A stretch of DNA of 64,000 nucleotides from an uncultured Verrucomicrobiae bacterium (GTDB lineage: Bacteria; Verrucomicrobiota; Verrucomicrobiia; Chthoniobacterales; UBA10450), in NCBI GenBank assembly GCA_963815455.1, contig CAWFGO010000003.1, positions 384,001 to 448,000 on the forward strand, written 5' to 3'. The translations under genes and the position numbers were made by a program. Positions 62,614-64,000 of this stretch are shown in pieces; the first letter of the stretch is position 1; every line of letters begins with the position of its first letter. The notes beneath the pieces are model-generated. The model saw only the letters and a list, made by a program, of their open reading frames with translations. It had not been told where the DNA came from and did not search any database.

Positions 62614-64000
62614 ATGAGCTTTGGCGCACCACAATGGTTCTGGGGATTGCTTCTGATCCCTGTGCTGATCGCGTTGTTCGTTCGCGCGGAACATCGCGCA
62701 GCCGAGCGTTTGCGGGAATTCGTTTCCGCGCGTTTGCTTCCGCAGCTTGCCGGCACGGTGAATCGCCCGCGGCGCGTGCTGCGGTTCGCTCTGCAGCTTC
62801 TCGGTCTGGCGTTCGTCGTCTTGAGCCTGGCTCAGCCGCGATGGGGCTACACTTTTGAAGATGTAAAACGCAAAGGCCTCGACCTGCTGATCGCGGTGGA
62901 TACATCGCGCAGCATGCTGTCGAACGATGTTGCGCCAAACCGCCTCGAACGCGTCAAACTGGCCGCCCATGATTTGATCGACGAACTGCAGGGCGATCGC
63001 GTGGGGTTGATTGCTTTTGCCGGTCGCGCCTTTTTGCAAGCGCCGCTTACGATCGATTACGGTGCGGCCACGGAATCGATCAACGATCTCGATACAAAAA
63101 CGATTCCGGAAGGCGGGACAAACATTTCCGAAGCGATCACGCTGGCCACCACGACCTTCGGCAAAAGCGCGATGGGAAATCGGGCGCTGATCATTTTTAC
63201 CGATGGCGAGGAGTTGAGTGGCGATGCCGTTAAAAGCGCGAAGGCCGCCGCCGACGCCGGAGTGCGCATTTTCACCGTGGGCGTGGGCACGCCGCAAGGC
63301 TCGCTCATTCCGCTCGCCAGCGACGATGGCGGGTCCGCATTCGTAAAGGATTCCGCGGGCCAGGTCGTGAAGTCGAAGCTGGACGAAAAAGTTTTGGATG
63401 AGATCGCGAAAGCCGCCGGCGGATTTTATCTGCACCTGGAAAACGGTCCGCGCACGATGCAACAATTTACTCGGACGGGCTGGCAAAAATGACGGCGGCC
63501 GAGATCGACGCGCGTTTGTCGAGAAAACCGATCGAACGCTACGAATGGCCTCTCGGAGCGGCGCTTGCCGCTCTCGCCTTGTCGATCCTAATTGGCGAAC
63601 GCAAACGCGTGCGCGCGCCGGCTCCGATTTCCGCGCCAGTCAGAATCGCCGCAGCGGCAACCATGATCGCAGCGTTTTCCCAGTTCGCTTCCGGCGCGGC
63701 CCCGGGCCTCGACGCTTATGAGAACGGCAAGTTCAACGACGCTTACAATGCCTTTCAAGAAACGTTAAAAACGCATCCTCAATCGCATGCCAAGGATGAG
63801 TTGCAATTCGACTCCGGCGCTGCCGCTTACAAGATGAAAGATTACGGCAAGGCGCTCGAGTTGTTCAGCCAGGCGTTGCTTTCGCCCGATGCCGGTTTGC
63901 AGAGCAAGAGCCATTACAATCTCGGGAACACGCTTTACCAGCGCGGCGAAGAACAGAAAGCGGAACAGAAGAAACTGGGCGACTGGACGAACGCCCTCGC
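62614..64000 (+). CDS. BatB-like VWA + TPR protein (frameshift ~63465; runs off the window end)
   Basis: LAQPRWG, DTSRSM, APLTIDY, TDGE, then TPR HYNLGNTLY. Confidence 0.88.

Overview
Bacterial chromosomal window with high GC content. Gene content (DUF5069-like protein, autotransporter-repeat/PEP-CTERM protein, exosortase, paired Omp-like porins) suggests a Verrucomicrobiota (Chthoniobacterales-like) organism; this is an inference. Housekeeping genes include mutL, gyrB-gyrA, nrdR, pssA/psd, der, arfB-like, MoxR-DUF58-BatA/B and tRNA-Leu(TAA). The window also has an EPS/exosortase locus edge, a dispersed kynurenine pathway (kynA, kynB, kmo, kynU, 3HAO, ACMSD, RidA-type deaminase) and toxin-antitoxin genes. 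Many genes are split by single-base indels, most likely assembly errors. The most striking signal is a layered set of small palindromic repeats. (1) A GIY-YIG nuclease gene sits inside the loop of a GTCAT...ATGAC inverted-repeat element, and gene-less copies of that element occur at 5 other sites: a candidate autonomous/non-autonomous mobile system analogous to RAYT/REP. (2) A RAYT is flanked by GTAG REP doublets. (3) ~30-bp mini-hairpins are inserted into other repeats and in-frame into proteins. (4) A repeat-bounded cassette holds small TA-like genes. Candidate tandem NrdR boxes lie at nrdR and upstream of gyrB.
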